Of a stretch of DNA of 64,000 nucleotides, positions 1 to 10,982 are shown piece after piece; within the stretch, counting starts at the first letter, position 1, and each line of letters begins with the position of its first letter. A program made the translations under genes and the position numbers. Below the pieces are notes generated by a model, which saw nothing but the letters and a program-made list of their open reading frames with translations, was not told the DNA's origin and did no database searches. The stretch covers positions 32,001 through 96,000 of the IMG/VR virus record IMGVR_UViG_3300042904_000308; one strand, given 5' to 3'. This DNA comes from a virus.

Positions 1-120
1 ATCAAAGGTGCCCACGGTCTTCAGCGTGTTCGAATCGACGGCGACCGCGCCGAGCTCTACCATGCTGTAGAGCCCAGGCGCGGGACCGTCTGCTTCAATG
101 TCAACGACGATGTAGATCAT
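1..120 (-). CDS. DEDD-family 3'-5' exo(ribo)nuclease, N-terminal part (runs off window)
   Basis: Own translation MIYIVVDIEADGPAPGLYSMVELGAVAV; DxE ExoI motif in a DIEADGP.PG.YSM context. Confidence 0.7.
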   Translation of the reverse strand, partial: MIYIVVDIEADGPAPGLYSMVELGAVAVDSNTLKTVGTFD

Positions 121-581
121 TCAGTAGACGCCTCCGTCGATTTCTGCTCCCGTGGAAACTGCCCTGGGATGCCGAAATACCCCTGCATAAACGCCAGTGA
201 CCCGTAGATAGTCTCGGCCCACATCTGCGCTTCGCTCAACGACCCAGCTGTCATGATGGCGTTGACCTTTTCGTAAATCTGGCGATTCACCTGAATCGCC
301 ACGTCCCTTGACACGTCTTTATGGGACGTCCTTCTCCGAAACAGCACCTATACCTCCTCGGCACGCATGCCATGAATGAAGTCATACGGAGACGTTCGAG
401 CATCGGCAGGAATATCTCCCAACGCGACGAACAGTCTGTTCATTTCCCACGGAGGAAGATTGAGGCTCAGCAGAAAGTTCGCCATGATACCGATCCTGTC
501 CCGTACCTTGCTGTCAATTCTCTCCGTCATCTCTCGGTACTGATCCTCAGTCAGTCTGATCGTGATGTCAGTTCTCGCCAT

Positions 582-1499
582 TTAGACCTCCTGCAGCACA
601 CGCTGCGCGATGAGCTTGTTGATCGGTTTCCAGTACGCCTTGAAGAGCATTTCCTTGATCAGTTCGCTCTCTTCCTCATGCACATCCTTCGCCACGAGGG
701 GGATCAGGTTGTGGGGCTTTCGAATATCCTTCCCCATCTCCTCTGCACGCTGCGCAGCCTTCCGAATCCTCGCCTCGGTGACGACGGAATCGACGATCAC
801 GGCCAGCGGATCGACCGCCGTCTTCAGCGACGTGCGTGGCGCTTTCACTTCCTGATAATCCTCACGCACACACTTCGCGGCAAGCATTGTCTCGGTGTAG
901 TAGATCATCTCGTCGTCACTGGCGCGGCGATACCAGCATTTGATGTCGCCGTACGCCTTGACCACGACGCCCTCCATCGTGACGCTGTTGTCGATGCCGC
1001 TCTCCTGTATGAGGCTCTGTACGTGCTCGATGTTGCGGAACGGGCCGCGATACAGGTAGGGCAGGTAGTCGATCTTGAATCGTTGAGCGAGCTCGATCAG
1101 TTCGTCGGGAGCTAGATATCGTTCCTCAGACGACACGTACACATCGAAGAGAATGAAGTCAGGCGCACCCTCGTACCTGAGCTTCCCATTCCCGATCATC
1201 TCGCCGTAGAGCACCACAGGCGTCTGGAAGGTCTGATACAGCTGATCAAACACGCCAGACAGCGCACGCACCCGACACCAGTCGAACACCTTCGAGAACA
1301 TACCAGCGTTATCAGCACTCAGGGTCTGGTTTCGTGACTGCACACCCCAGGTGCCAGCTTCGCAGACGTGAATCCCGACGTTACTCCCGTCAATCTTCTC
1401 CTGAATGACAACATCGTGGTTTGCGTAGAACTCCTGACACTTGTCAATGCGCTCGATCTTCGGATATTTGAGTAGCTCTACTGCGAGACATTGCGTCAC
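582..1499 (-). CDS. ATP-dependent RNA ligase (Rnl2-like)
   Basis: Motif I EKIDGSN, LYGE, FILFDV, EGVVVK; GAGGAGG RBS. Confidence 0.8.
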   Translation of the reverse strand: MTQCLAVELLKYPKIERIDKCQEFYANHDVVIQEKIDGSNVGIHVCEAGTWGVQSRNQTLSADNAGMFSKVFDWCRVRALSGVFDQLYQTFQTPVVLYGEMIGNGKLRYEGAPDFILFDVYVSSEERYLAPDELIELAQRFKIDYLPYLYRGPFRNIEHVQSLIQESGIDNSVTMEGVVVKAYGDIKCWYRRASDDEMIYYTETMLAAKCVREDYQEVKAPRTSLKTAVDPLAVIVDSVVTEARIRKAAQRAEEMGKDIRKPHNLIPLVAKDVHEEESELIKEMLFKAYWKPINKLIAQRVLQEV

Positions 1500-1512
1500 A
1501 TCACTACCTCCT

Positions 1513-1546
1513 CACTATTAATATCGTCACAAGGTGCTTGAAACTT
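1513..1546 (-). promoter_or_regulatory. Repeated phage promoter, copy 1 (AAGTTT-N12-GACGATATTAATAGTG)
   Basis: Near-identical 34-mer at 5 loci, always oriented with and upstream of genes. Confidence 0.8.
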
Positions 1547-1751
1547 ATCCTTTTCAACGCAGGTGTGAAAAATGGTCACGACAACCAGTAGTGCCACGAC
1601 TCCCTGCCACGTAAAATCGAAGGGGTACTGGAACGAGAGCACAAACCAGCCAGCATGAAAGAGCAGCAGGGCATAAATGCCGCGCAACATCAGCAGCATG
1701 GTGGACTCGATTACGTAAAGTAGTTCTTCCTCAGTCATTCCGTCACTCATG

Positions 1752-2633
1752 CTAGAACTCAATCCCATCCCCGACGTCGAACACAGGGAGGCCCAGCTCA
1801 TAGCGCCACATGCGGATCACCTGAGGACGATCATCGATAATGCCCTTGACGTTGTATCTTCCTTCTATATGGTTCTCGAACAGCGCACGCTTCACGACGG
1901 AGTCCTTGCGGTTGTCGCCGTCCTGGCGCATGAAGAGGCACTCCCGTCCCTCGTCTTCAGCTACCAGCAGGCCATGCTTCCACAACCACTCCCCCGTCTG
2001 ACGCCTGAATTTGTCGGAGCGACCAGAGAAATAGACGACATTCTCGCCCTGCTTCTTGAGGGTCTTGATGAGGTCCGCAACGTGCAGGTTCAGATCGTCG
2101 TCGAGGCACTTCGCGGTGTCGTACGGGCTGCGGTGGCTGATGTCGGCCAGCGTGCCATCGATGTCACAGAGATAGATACCAGGGCGACCTTCGACGTATG
2201 GTCGAAGCGGCGGCTTCAGGTACTGTCGCCACATCTTCTTGATCACGTCGGCACCGACCGACTCGGCACGCTTCAGATCGCGTTCAATGCAGACCTCAAG
2301 CGGCACGTCTCGGAAATCCACCCTCCGAAAGTCCGCGTTGTAGATGCCAGCGATCCGCCGCAGGGCTACTTCGTGACTGGGATCGAAGTTCGTGTCATCC
2401 ACGATGACGTCGCAGCCATCAGCAAGCGCAATCCCAACGGTGAAATCTCGCAAGGTGACAATGAATTTCTCGTTCTTCTTCGACCAGACGCCCCCATCGA
2501 CCATTGCCCGAAGCGAGTCCTTGTTGACCCGCTTCACTTTGCCCTTGCTCTTCCGCACCTGCTCCAAGGCCCAGGTCGATTTGCCTGACCCAGGGAGCCC
2601 AATCGTCATAAACACACACGGCTGCACGATCAC
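1752..2633 (-). CDS. pseT: Polynucleotide 5'-kinase/3'-phosphatase (T4 Pnkp-like)
   Basis: P-loop GLPGSGKST, VIVDDTN; HAD motif CDIDGTL, SGR, DDR. Confidence 0.92.
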   Translation of the reverse strand: MIVQPCVFMTIGLPGSGKSTWALEQVRKSKGKVKRVNKDSLRAMVDGGVWSKKNEKFIVTLRDFTVGIALADGCDVIVDDTNFDPSHEVALRRIAGIYNADFRRVDFRDVPLEVCIERDLKRAESVGADVIKKMWRQYLKPPLRPYVEGRPGIYLCDIDGTLADISHRSPYDTAKCLDDDLNLHVADLIKTLKKQGENVVYFSGRSDKFRRQTGEWLWKHGLLVAEDEGRECLFMRQDGDNRKDSVVKRALFENHIEGRYNVKGIIDDRPQVIRMWRYELGLPVFDVGDGIEF

Positions 2634-3109
2634 TCCTCCGAGACATCTACATACACAGGGAACGTGGGACCAGGACTCAGTTCAATCTCGCAGACGGTCG
2701 GCTCGTTGTATGCTGCACGTATCCGAATCTCTCGGATGTTGATAACAGGGTTGCCTTCAGCATCAAATATCTTGGTGGTCCTCCCGTCCCGTCCAAGCTC
2801 GATACGGTATCCAGCAAAGACATTCACGTCTTTCTGCTTCTCATCTTCCTTCTTCAACCGCTGGTACTCGCGCTCCTGGTCCGCGATGCGCTCTCGCTCA
2901 CGAACGCGCTCCCGCACTGCGTACGGCACTTCGCTGGTTCCAAACAGTCGTAGACCATTGCAGGAAGGACAGCGGGTGATCAAATTAGAAGGTCCAAAAG
3001 GCTGGCAGGTTAGATCGGCTTCCACGGCTTCAAAGACAGTGCAGCACGTGTTGCATTGAGACTTGCTGCTCCAGTCCAGATGTTGAGGGCAAGGCTTCAA
3101 TACTCTCAT
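2630..3109 (-). CDS. Hypothetical Cys-rich (Zn-ribbon-like) protein
   Basis: CNTC and CPSC motifs; overlapping start/stop coupling with neighbours. Confidence 0.5.
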   Translation of the reverse strand: MRVLKPCPQHLDWSSKSQCNTCCTVFEAVEADLTCQPFGPSNLITRCPSCNGLRLFGTSEVPYAVRERVRERERIADQEREYQRLKKEDEKQKDVNVFAGYRIELGRDGRTTKIFDAEGNPVINIREIRIRAAYNEPTVCEIELSPGPTFPVYVDVSEE

Positions 3110-4212
3110 TACGCTACTCCAAACAAAATAGGGACCAGTGCCTGCGCAGGCGACGGTCGAATGTGCTTCCAGATCACCTGATCGTACGGCTTGTTGTCGT
3201 AGTGCAGGAAGCAGGCGGTTCGCAGGTGTGGTGGCAAGTCTTTTACCGAGTCCGCAAACTGTTTGCGCGTCTGTGATCTGCCGACTTTCAGCGGAGCTGT
3301 GGCGCGGTGAAACTCCACCAGCGCGTCGAGCTCGGTCTGTCGGTACTCATCAAGCAGTGCGCTCGATGTTGACTTGATCCACTGCTCGAACTCCTCAGGC
3401 ACGCCTTCCATCAGCTCGTCGAGGTTCTTCCCTTCCGACAGGTACTCCCAAATCACCCGCTCGTTGAGCCCCGTCACGATGCGGTGCAGGCGCACGTACT
3501 CCTCGAATTTGATCTTGACGCGCTCGCCTGTAATGAACCTAATGACGTAGCCCTCCTCATTGAAGAGATTCTTCGTCTTCAGGTGAGCGGCGACATGATC
3601 GAATTCCTGTCCATAGTTGGTGTGTGTCGCCAGCGGCAGCGCCCTGTCGTGCTGCCACTCCGTGACATGCTGTACAGGGATTTCCAGACCCGACGAGGTA
3701 TCGATCTTCGCCAGCAGCACCAGACCGCGATGCTGACCGTAGTCAACGACAATGCGGTTCTCGGGGATGATCAGCTCGAAGCAGTACGTCCAGCCGTCCT
3801 CGACCCACTCGGTGCCGTACTTCTCCAGCAGCATCAGGTTCGCTTCCTGGGCCTGCATGCTGGTGAAGGAGCCTCGGCTGGCGACCAGCACGTGGCCCTC
3901 GAACTTGGTGACGATAATCAGCGAGCCGTCGAACTTCTCATGTACGGTGAATCTGTGGTTCGGCATCGTTCGCCCGAGCCTGGGCAGCTCCTCGTAGTTG
4001 AAGAACTTGCGCAACGGTCGAGCGACAATCGTGCCGTCGCGGGTAACGATCAGGCCTCGACACGACTCGGTTATCTCATCCCAGTGGGCCTCAAATGTCG
4101 TCTTCGGTGTGTAGTTATAAATGAACAGCTCACCCTCATAATTGGGGTGAGTCTGTCGCATCAGATAGCCCTGTTCCAGATAGGCGTCCAAGATTTCTGG
4201 TTGCATCAGCAT
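3109..4212 (-). CDS. rnlA: T4 Rnl1-like RNA ligase
   Basis: CRGL...KFFNY, EKFDGSL, SRGSF, FELI, EGYV, KIKFEEY. Confidence 0.9.
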   Translation of the reverse strand: MLMQPEILDAYLEQGYLMRQTHPNYEGELFIYNYTPKTTFEAHWDEITESCRGLIVTRDGTIVARPLRKFFNYEELPRLGRTMPNHRFTVHEKFDGSLIIVTKFEGHVLVASRGSFTSMQAQEANLMLLEKYGTEWVEDGWTYCFELIIPENRIVVDYGQHRGLVLLAKIDTSSGLEIPVQHVTEWQHDRALPLATHTNYGQEFDHVAAHLKTKNLFNEEGYVIRFITGERVKIKFEEYVRLHRIVTGLNERVIWEYLSEGKNLDELMEGVPEEFEQWIKSTSSALLDEYRQTELDALVEFHRATAPLKVGRSQTRKQFADSVKDLPPHLRTACFLHYDNKPYDQVIWKHIRPSPAQALVPILFGVA

Positions 4213-4417
4213 GTCGCAAGCACGGCGGCTTGCACTTCCTCCTTCGTTCCCCAGTAGTAGGTGTCCCGCATCTCATCAGTCCAGCCGAAACGGCGCAGCT
4301 TCTGATCGCTGGTGAATGAGGCCCAGGTTCGCAGGGCGGTGATCCAGGTCCACGTGGGACCGCTCGGATCATCCCCCTGCCTGATCCTCTCCGCCTCAAC
4401 GGCCTGCTCCAGCTCAG

Positions 4418-5248
4418 TTACCAGCCTCTTGCTTGCCATTCTTCTCCCTCATTCGTGTAGGCCCATTCAAGGAACCGCTCAAGAGCGTCCTGGTCGATAT
4501 GCTCGGGAAGCTGGGACTTCTCATAGGCGTTGTCGAGGGCGTACCTCGCGTAGTCCGCGCCCTGATTGAAGAGCGCTTCCGCTGTCGCCAGATCAGTCTC
4601 GGGATGCTTGATGTGATTGATCACCCGAGCGGTGACGGCGTTGATCTGAGGACTGAAGTCTGCGTATTCAAGCAGCTGGCGTCCCTGCACCAGCACGCGG
4701 ATATGCGCGGCCCACGCCTTGCGCATTCGCCGCTCATCCGAGGGGCAGCGCCCTGCTCGGTCGACCTGACTCTTGGCGTACCCTACGTGCGCGTTATAGA
4801 CGTTACGCTTGTTCAGCAAGCTGCGGCGGCTGGAGTAGAGCCACGTCCACACCAGACTCGTCTCTTCACACTTGTTGCTCCACAGCACTTCGAGCACCGT
4901 CGGATTGCCGCTGGTCGCCAGCTTCACAAAATGGTTCAGCTCGAAGGTGACGAGGTCGCCCCCCTCCGAGATGCTTCGGGGGGCTTTTTCCTTACGAAAG
5001 GGGCTGAGCATGTGCCGCAGGCTGCTGCACTGGACGACCGCGTAGTCCGTGTCGGACTCTGGTGTCGCGAGTCCGTGCAGCTGCGATCCAACGATCACTC
5101 TGGCAATCGTGCGAGGCGCACTAAGGTCCGCATAACTCACTGCAGATATCCGCTGACTGGTGACAGGCAGCTCACTGTCATACAACTGGGAGAAGGTATC
5201 CATATACGCTGTTTCCCTGAGTATTGTGGTCATAGCGACTGGTGCCAC
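4418..5248 (-). CDS. Pol-beta superfamily nucleotidyltransferase (RlaP-like)
   Basis: GSQLHGLATPESDTDY motif, GNPTVLEVLWS, GYAKSQ. Confidence 0.8.
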   Translation of the reverse strand: MAPVAMTTILRETAYMDTFSQLYDSELPVTSQRISAVSYADLSAPRTIARVIVGSQLHGLATPESDTDYAVVQCSSLRHMLSPFRKEKAPRSISEGGDLVTFELNHFVKLATSGNPTVLEVLWSNKCEETSLVWTWLYSSRRSLLNKRNVYNAHVGYAKSQVDRAGRCPSDERRMRKAWAAHIRVLVQGRQLLEYADFSPQINAVTARVINHIKHPETDLATAEALFNQGADYARYALDNAYEKSQLPEHIDQDALERFLEWAYTNEGEEWQARGW

Positions 5249-5560
5249 CCTCTCGGCGCACGTGCGTCAAAACGCGGGTATGGTTCATCAAGCCGCGTCT
5301 TGAAAACATGCAGCCTGCCGAGGGTGACTCCCGCGACACTGCCGTATTCGGCCCACATCTTCTTGATCAGATCGAAAACAAATCGCTCCTGGTTCGCCTG
5401 AACGATGTACTGCTCATCACCCCGCTGCTGTCGGTCTGCAGGGATGATGTCGACAAGGCTCCACTTATCCCATCCTCCGTTCGGCAGGCCAATGGTCATC
5501 TCGAATCGGTACTCGACCCACGGCATGTGTTTATCGAGCCACTCCTGCTCTTCGGGATCG

Positions 5561-6145
5561 TCAGACTGCAGCGGTATATCGTTCAGACTCTCGATCTGCG
5601 GCTCCACTCGCTACCCTCTTCACTTCCGTAATAAATCGTGAAATGCAGGCCAGCGTCTGCTGTGCCTCAGTGACAGTGTCGGGAACACTTCCAACGATAA
5701 TCTCTTCCGCCGTCTCGCCCATCTCCTCGGTGATGATGGCAACCCAGTCGAGCACCGACACCCGCTGCGCACCGTACTTGTCGAAGTGGTGCTGCACCTG
5801 ATCCTTGATGCCGTACGTCAGCTCGGTGTACCGATGTGATATCGTGTAACGCCTATCCCATACGCGGGAGGCTGACTCCCATGCAAAGAACGCCGCAGCC
5901 CGTCTGGCCTCAATTACCGCTTGCGTGTAATTCTTCTTCAGGTACGCCTGAACCGCTCGACCCCAGTACATTTGCACGTAAAGCACCAGCGAGCTTCCTG
6001 CAGAGTCGAGAGAGTTGACCTCCAGAAACCTGTCCAGATACCCGTGCAGCGCTCCCGCATCACCGAACGCCTGCCTGCGGTACTGCCTGTCCTGAAATTG
6101 CGCAACATCCATGATGCGCCACGTACCGCGCTCTCGTATAATCAT
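5561..6145 (-). CDS. Protein with C-terminal MazG-like (all-alpha NTP pyrophosphatase) motif
   Basis: WVAIITEEMGETAEEI. Confidence 0.45.
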   Translation of the reverse strand: MIIRERGTWRIMDVAQFQDRQYRRQAFGDAGALHGYLDRFLEVNSLDSAGSSLVLYVQMYWGRAVQAYLKKNYTQAVIEARRAAAFFAWESASRVWDRRYTISHRYTELTYGIKDQVQHHFDKYGAQRVSVLDWVAIITEEMGETAEEIIVGSVPDTVTEAQQTLACISRFITEVKRVASGAADRESERYTAAV

Positions 6146-6455
6146 TCGCTACTCCAATTCATATCTTCCAGTGAGATTCGCAGGTTCCCATCGCGAATCT
6201 GACTCTCGGCCTCCTCAGACGCCGATGCCACTATCCAGCCCAGGCCGACGATGCTCAGGGAGCCGAGCTCGGCCTTATCGACATGCACAATGGCCTCGAT
6301 ACGCTGCATTCGAACCTCGACCGCGAAGAACGTCCAGACGACGTCGTTCGCGCAAAACCCCATACGGTAGGTGCCACCACATACTTTGAATGGTTCGATC
6401 TGCTGTACTTTCTCCTGAACTCGTTGCTCCCATTCCGAGAAATCCATCGGTCTTC

Positions 6456-7403
6456 CTATACTTTGGAAACCGCAAACTCAACACTCGGCACTCCCCACGG
6501 CTGGCTGACCTCTCTGGCGTCAGCAAAGACCGCAGGAAAGAACGGCGACAACGCCTGGTAGACGGCGTATATGAATTCACGAATCGACTCATCCGCAGCT
6601 GGAGCAGTTCTCGTTTCAACAATGTGTCTCGCGGCTCGCATATTGAGCGAGAACATACCGTCGCTGCCGAGGGCGTTGGGAAGCACACTGCGTGCGGCTT
6701 CCTTGGCTCTCTTGCGCCTGAGCGTTCCAGTGAACGTCCCAGCCAGCTCGTCTTTCACTCGGGCCTGCAGCAGCCTGTAAGCCGCGACGTCGTTCCGACA
6801 GTTATCCATGAACAATGTCCGCGCCTCGGGATCATCACGAAACGCAGGCGGCACAATGAATCGCTGAAACTTGTCGGTAAATCGGGTACTTTCGAAGGAG
6901 TACTCGGTCCCTGCGCTGTGCCTCACCAGCTCCAGCTGTGTGCTGCGTGGCAGATCGGCAACCAACGTATTCACCCAACCGTGCGCAACGACGCTGCCGT
7001 GCCTGTGCTCGATGATCGATGACTGCAGGTACTCTTCGCGTGTCTTGCCAGACGGGTTGTCCCACGACTGGTAACACACGCGACCAGCGGCTTCGAGAAT
7101 AGCCTCAGGGCTTAGCGAGGACTCGCGACGTTGAATAATCTCGACGTCATTCGTCACAACGAGAGGACGGTGTGCCCTCCCGAATCCGTTGTAGTGCTCC
7201 TCCAGGTACTTACGATTACGTTCAAGTTCTTCTGGTGATAGATCGATATTGAACTTGATTATCGGCGGCAAGTCGATTACATCGGTGTTCCACTCGACGT
7301 CTCGGTAGGCGAGATAGTCGCTAATCCCCTGCTGCTGGGGTGTCGAGACGCCGACCACAAACACCCGAGGCGCGTGATCAATAAAGGTCAATGATTTCAT
7401 CAC
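6456..7403 (-). CDS. thyX: FAD-dependent thymidylate synthase
   Basis: AGRVCYQS, HGSV, ELVRH...ESTRF, KEAARSVLPN, NMRAARH. Confidence 0.9.
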   Translation of the reverse strand: MMKSLTFIDHAPRVFVVGVSTPQQQGISDYLAYRDVEWNTDVIDLPPIIKFNIDLSPEELERNRKYLEEHYNGFGRAHRPLVVTNDVEIIQRRESSLSPEAILEAAGRVCYQSWDNPSGKTREEYLQSSIIEHRHGSVVAHGWVNTLVADLPRSTQLELVRHSAGTEYSFESTRFTDKFQRFIVPPAFRDDPEARTLFMDNCRNDVAAYRLLQARVKDELAGTFTGTLRRKRAKEAARSVLPNALGSDGMFSLNMRAARHIVETRTAPAADESIREFIYAVYQALSPFFPAVFADAREVSQPWGVPSVEFAVSKV

Positions 7404-8236
7404 GATTGATTTTCACATCCCACCGCACGATCCACCGAAGGTGCAACGCGCAGTTCCGAGCCAGCGTCTGCATCGCGCTAATCGCTGGCCGCTCGTCCAT
7501 ACACGAGCTGATATGCACCGTCAGGAGAAACACACGAAACGTTTCCATGTTTTGTGCGCCACCCGTCGATGTCACGTAACCCTCAATCAGACCAGCATTC
7601 TGCAGCTCGGCCATTGCCATATCCATAAGCGCCGAACCGTCATCGCTATAGACGACCTCTTCCAGGTCGTAATACTTACTTCTCACGCATCTTCCCTTGT
7701 CTGTTCAATCACATAGGGGATCAGAATATCTTTTTCCCAAAACAGCCTGTCCCGCAGCACCCTGCACAGTCCATCCACGTTTTTTGGTGGATAGGTGGAC
7801 TGCACAGGGAGGCTGACGGTGAGGCCCAGGCGGAAGTCATGGAGAAACGTTCGATCCACGGAAAGCTCGGGAAACTCCTGCAGCAATAGCGTTGCGAAGA
7901 AGTCACAGCAGTCCAGATTGAATCGATCTATGATGCGTTCTTCTTCCGCTCCCTCCTCTAAACTGTCCATCTACTCCCAAATCCCCATTTCGATAAATGA
8001 TCCATCGAGCGCGAACACGAAGGTCGTATAGAAACCGCTATATCCCGCTATCCGAAACCCAGCGTCCTCTTGGTGCGTAAAGTCGTCCCATTCTTTGTTT
8101 CTCGGTTGAGACTTGGCATCCAGAGTAAATTGAATCACGTTCCTCGATTTGCCATACGACCGCTGTTCAACCTCTTTAGGCTCTACCTCGATTTCCAGCG
8201 ATGCGAAGAAGGCTACCGTTCGCTCAAGGTCAGTCA

Positions 8237-10225
8237 TCAGAGAACCTCACAACTGTCGTTATTACAGAACTTCGAGTCCTGACCGTCTGAGCCTCCAAAC
8301 GTCGACCAGTCAATCGTCGCGATATCCTTCGCCCGTCGGTCGTACTCGGCTTTCGTAATCCCCTCGTACGGCATCTGCGCGTACGCTCCCTCGTCGGTGT
8401 CTGGCAGCAGGCTCAGCGTCTTGATGAATGGCACGGCGAACGCGAGGAAGTCCTCGATCTGGTGTCCTTCCGTTTTCGGGTTGAACGTCACGGTGTTGCT
8501 CACCATGTTGTCCGACCAGTGCCGCTGCAGCGTGGCAACCATCCAGCCCTTCTGGTGCATGGAGATGTCACGCTGCGACCGCCGCGCCCGAGCTTCAACG
8601 GGAAACTCGAAGACGGTCGTGTTATCCGAGTACGCATCATCCTCGTGTGGCACGCCTGCGCTGGCGAGAATGCCTCCAATTGGTGTGTCTTTGCCGACAC
8701 GAATACGACGCACGTAGCGCGTATACGGCGGATAGTGCATACCAGGGGAAACACCTGCCAATTGGCTAACGGTGCCGCTCGGCTTGACGGTGGTCACGCG
8801 GATCGAGGGCGCAACCCCAGCGTCCCTCGCCAGCTTTGCATTGATTTCTCGAACCCAGTCGTAACCCTGTCGCATCAGCGTAACGATTGGCGATGCGCCG
8901 ACCGTGTCGAACCAGTCCGCGATCCCGCTCAGGCTCTCACCGATGCGGTGATTGCGAGCGACGACCGCGTTCGTCTCCTCGCTGTGCGTCGGCAGCAGCG
9001 AGACGGTGTGCGCGTAGATTTGGGCCAGCTCCAGCGCTTCGAAGTACTCCTCGTCCGTCTGGCACTTCGTCGGGAAGACCTCGACCAGACAGCAGACTTC
9101 CTTATCCTCAAGCGGCTGCTCGGCGCAGGGATTGCAGCCCGTGGCGGAATCAAACATCTCGTCGCCGTACCTGCCATACTTCTGAATGTTGAGCAGGTTC
9201 ATAATCCCTGGCTCCCCGTTGGCGCGAATCATCTCCGCGATGTCAGGGAGCTTCTTGAAGTCGTCAGTATTCGCCAGCACGATACTGTTATTGCTCATCC
9301 AGCCAATGTCAGCGCGGTCGGGATAGAGCTCGTAGTTCTTGAGATTCACGAACTCGCTGTCGTGCGGCGAGCCCAGCGCAATCTCCGCCGAACGCCGCAC
9401 GTTCCCCGCGACCACGCACGCGCCGATGGCATTCATCACATCGGCAATGACTCTGGTCGAGGAATGACTCGATTCGAGATACCCCCTCACCCGCTCGTGG
9501 AGCTTGATGAGTGGATCAGGGCCAGAGGCTGTGCCTCCAAACCCGCGAATCGGTTCCCCCGCTGGTCGAATCTGGCTGTAATCAAATGTCGCCCGATACC
9601 GCTGCGGCTTCTCGTAGCTCGCGATCAGACGCCGCAGACTTTCAACCCAGCCTTCCCGAGAGTCGGGGATCACGTATGGCTCTGGATCATCCTCAGGCGG
9701 TCGAAAGAACTCGCTGAGCTCGGTGACGCCAAAGCCGACGCCGACGCCACACATCAGTGCGTCCATCGCCCATGCCGCATCGCGGGAGAGCTGATTGACC
9801 TCCACGTAGCCGCAATTTTGCAGGGCCATCCCGCCACGCTCGTAGATGTAGGGCGTGCCCATCGCCCACAGACCTCGGCCAGGGGGAAGGAACCGCATCT
9901 CATAGATCGCGTCGGCCATGTCGATAGACTTCGCCTGCCAGTAGCTCTCGTCCCACGGCAGCTTGTGCTTGACGTACCAGTCCTTGCGGATCGACATCAC
10001 GCCCTCGACCACGCGGATCACCGTGTCGGCCCACGTTTCCTGACTGCCGTCGTCCTTGAGGCGTGAATAGGTTCGGTAATACACGACGGACCCCAGCTGG
10101 CCGAAGCCAAAGCTGGGGGTCCGCCCTCTCAAGTTCCGTTTCATGAACGGATTGAGGCTAAATCGCTCTTCTACAAACACAGGCCTCTTACTTGTCCTTC
10201 TTTTTCTTCTCGCTCGCCGCAGCAC
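8237..10225 (-). CDS. nrdJ: Class II (adenosylcobalamin-dependent) ribonucleotide reductase; true start probably ~10145-10180
   Basis: RTYSR, PPGRGLW, GNVRRSA, NPCAEQ, TTVKPSGTVSQLAG, C-terminal CxxxxC. Confidence 0.93.
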   Translation of the reverse strand: MLRRARRKRRTSKRPVFVEERFSLNPFMKRNLRGRTPSFGFGQLGSVVYYRTYSRLKDDGSQETWADTVIRVVEGVMSIRKDWYVKHKLPWDESYWQAKSIDMADAIYEMRFLPPGRGLWAMGTPYIYERGGMALQNCGYVEVNQLSRDAAWAMDALMCGVGVGFGVTELSEFFRPPEDDPEPYVIPDSREGWVESLRRLIASYEKPQRYRATFDYSQIRPAGEPIRGFGGTASGPDPLIKLHERVRGYLESSHSSTRVIADVMNAIGACVVAGNVRRSAEIALGSPHDSEFVNLKNYELYPDRADIGWMSNNSIVLANTDDFKKLPDIAEMIRANGEPGIMNLLNIQKYGRYGDEMFDSATGCNPCAEQPLEDKEVCCLVEVFPTKCQTDEEYFEALELAQIYAHTVSLLPTHSEETNAVVARNHRIGESLSGIADWFDTVGASPIVTLMRQGYDWVREINAKLARDAGVAPSIRVTTVKPSGTVSQLAGVSPGMHYPPYTRYVRRIRVGKDTPIGGILASAGVPHEDDAYSDNTTVFEFPVEARARRSQRDISMHQKGWMVATLQRHWSDNMVSNTVTFNPKTEGHQIEDFLAFAVPFIKTLSLLPDTDEGAYAQMPYEGITKAEYDRRAKDIATIDWSTFGGSDGQDSKFCNNDSCEVL

Positions 10226-10429
10226 TCAGTGTTCGCACGCCTGGAGGATCAGGGGCGGGAGATTCCTCCCCCGTTCCCTGAGCCTCCTGCTCTGCCTGCT
10301 GGGCTATGACTGCCTGATAGACCGCAATCGCTTGCACATACTGCTGGTACCAGTCAGCCAGAGCCTGTCCCTTGAAGATCGTCTCGCGCCCGTTGCCGAA
10401 CACGAAACGAATCTCTGTCAGTCCCTCGC

Positions 10430-10927
10430 CTACCAAGGTGCCTGCTCCCCATCATCGATGTCGTCATCCTCGACATCCTCATTGCGGGAGCGTCGGTTCC
10501 TCGACGAACCAGACGAGCGGCCCTTCGAGGCTGGCGCAGCCTTGCGTGCTGGTCGGCGTGGAGCCTCCTCTTCCTCTTCCTCATCGGCACCGCCGCCTCG
10601 CGGATCGCTGCCGAGGTTGACTTCCGAGGCGTTGACTTCCCAGCCGTAGCGTGTCTCACCGTCCTGATTCTCGTACGAGTAGGTGCGCAGGCGACCGACG
10701 ACCGTGACTTCCTTGCCCTTGACGAGGTAGTCGACGATGCTGCTGCCGACCTTGCCGTACGCCGTCACAGGCACCCAGGCCGTCTGCTCCTGCCGATTCC
10801 CGTCGCGGTCGTTGTAGCGGCGAGTGTTCGCCATGCGAAACTTGACGACTTCGGTACCACTGTTCGTCTCGCTCAGCTCTGCATCCGCGCCGAGTCGACC
10901 ATTAATGACAACCAAATTGACTGACAT
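10430..10927 (-). CDS. ssb: Single-stranded DNA-binding protein
   Basis: VNLVVINGRLGAD, KGKEVTVVGRL, acidic tail ending PW. Confidence 0.93.
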   Translation of the reverse strand: MSVNLVVINGRLGADAELSETNSGTEVVKFRMANTRRYNDRDGNRQEQTAWVPVTAYGKVGSSIVDYLVKGKEVTVVGRLRTYSYENQDGETRYGWEVNASEVNLGSDPRGGGADEEEEEEAPRRPARKAAPASKGRSSGSSRNRRSRNEDVEDDDIDDGEQAPW

Positions 10928-10982
10928 GTATCTAATTCACTCCTGTAAGTTTGAACTGGGTATGTACGACAGACGTTGTGGT

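Noticed and set aside
8462-10066. Long plus-strand ORFs (also 321-1115, 4433-5401, 33328-34359, 47688-48974)
   Set aside because: Antisense shadows of GC-rich minus-strand genes; no motifs or RBS
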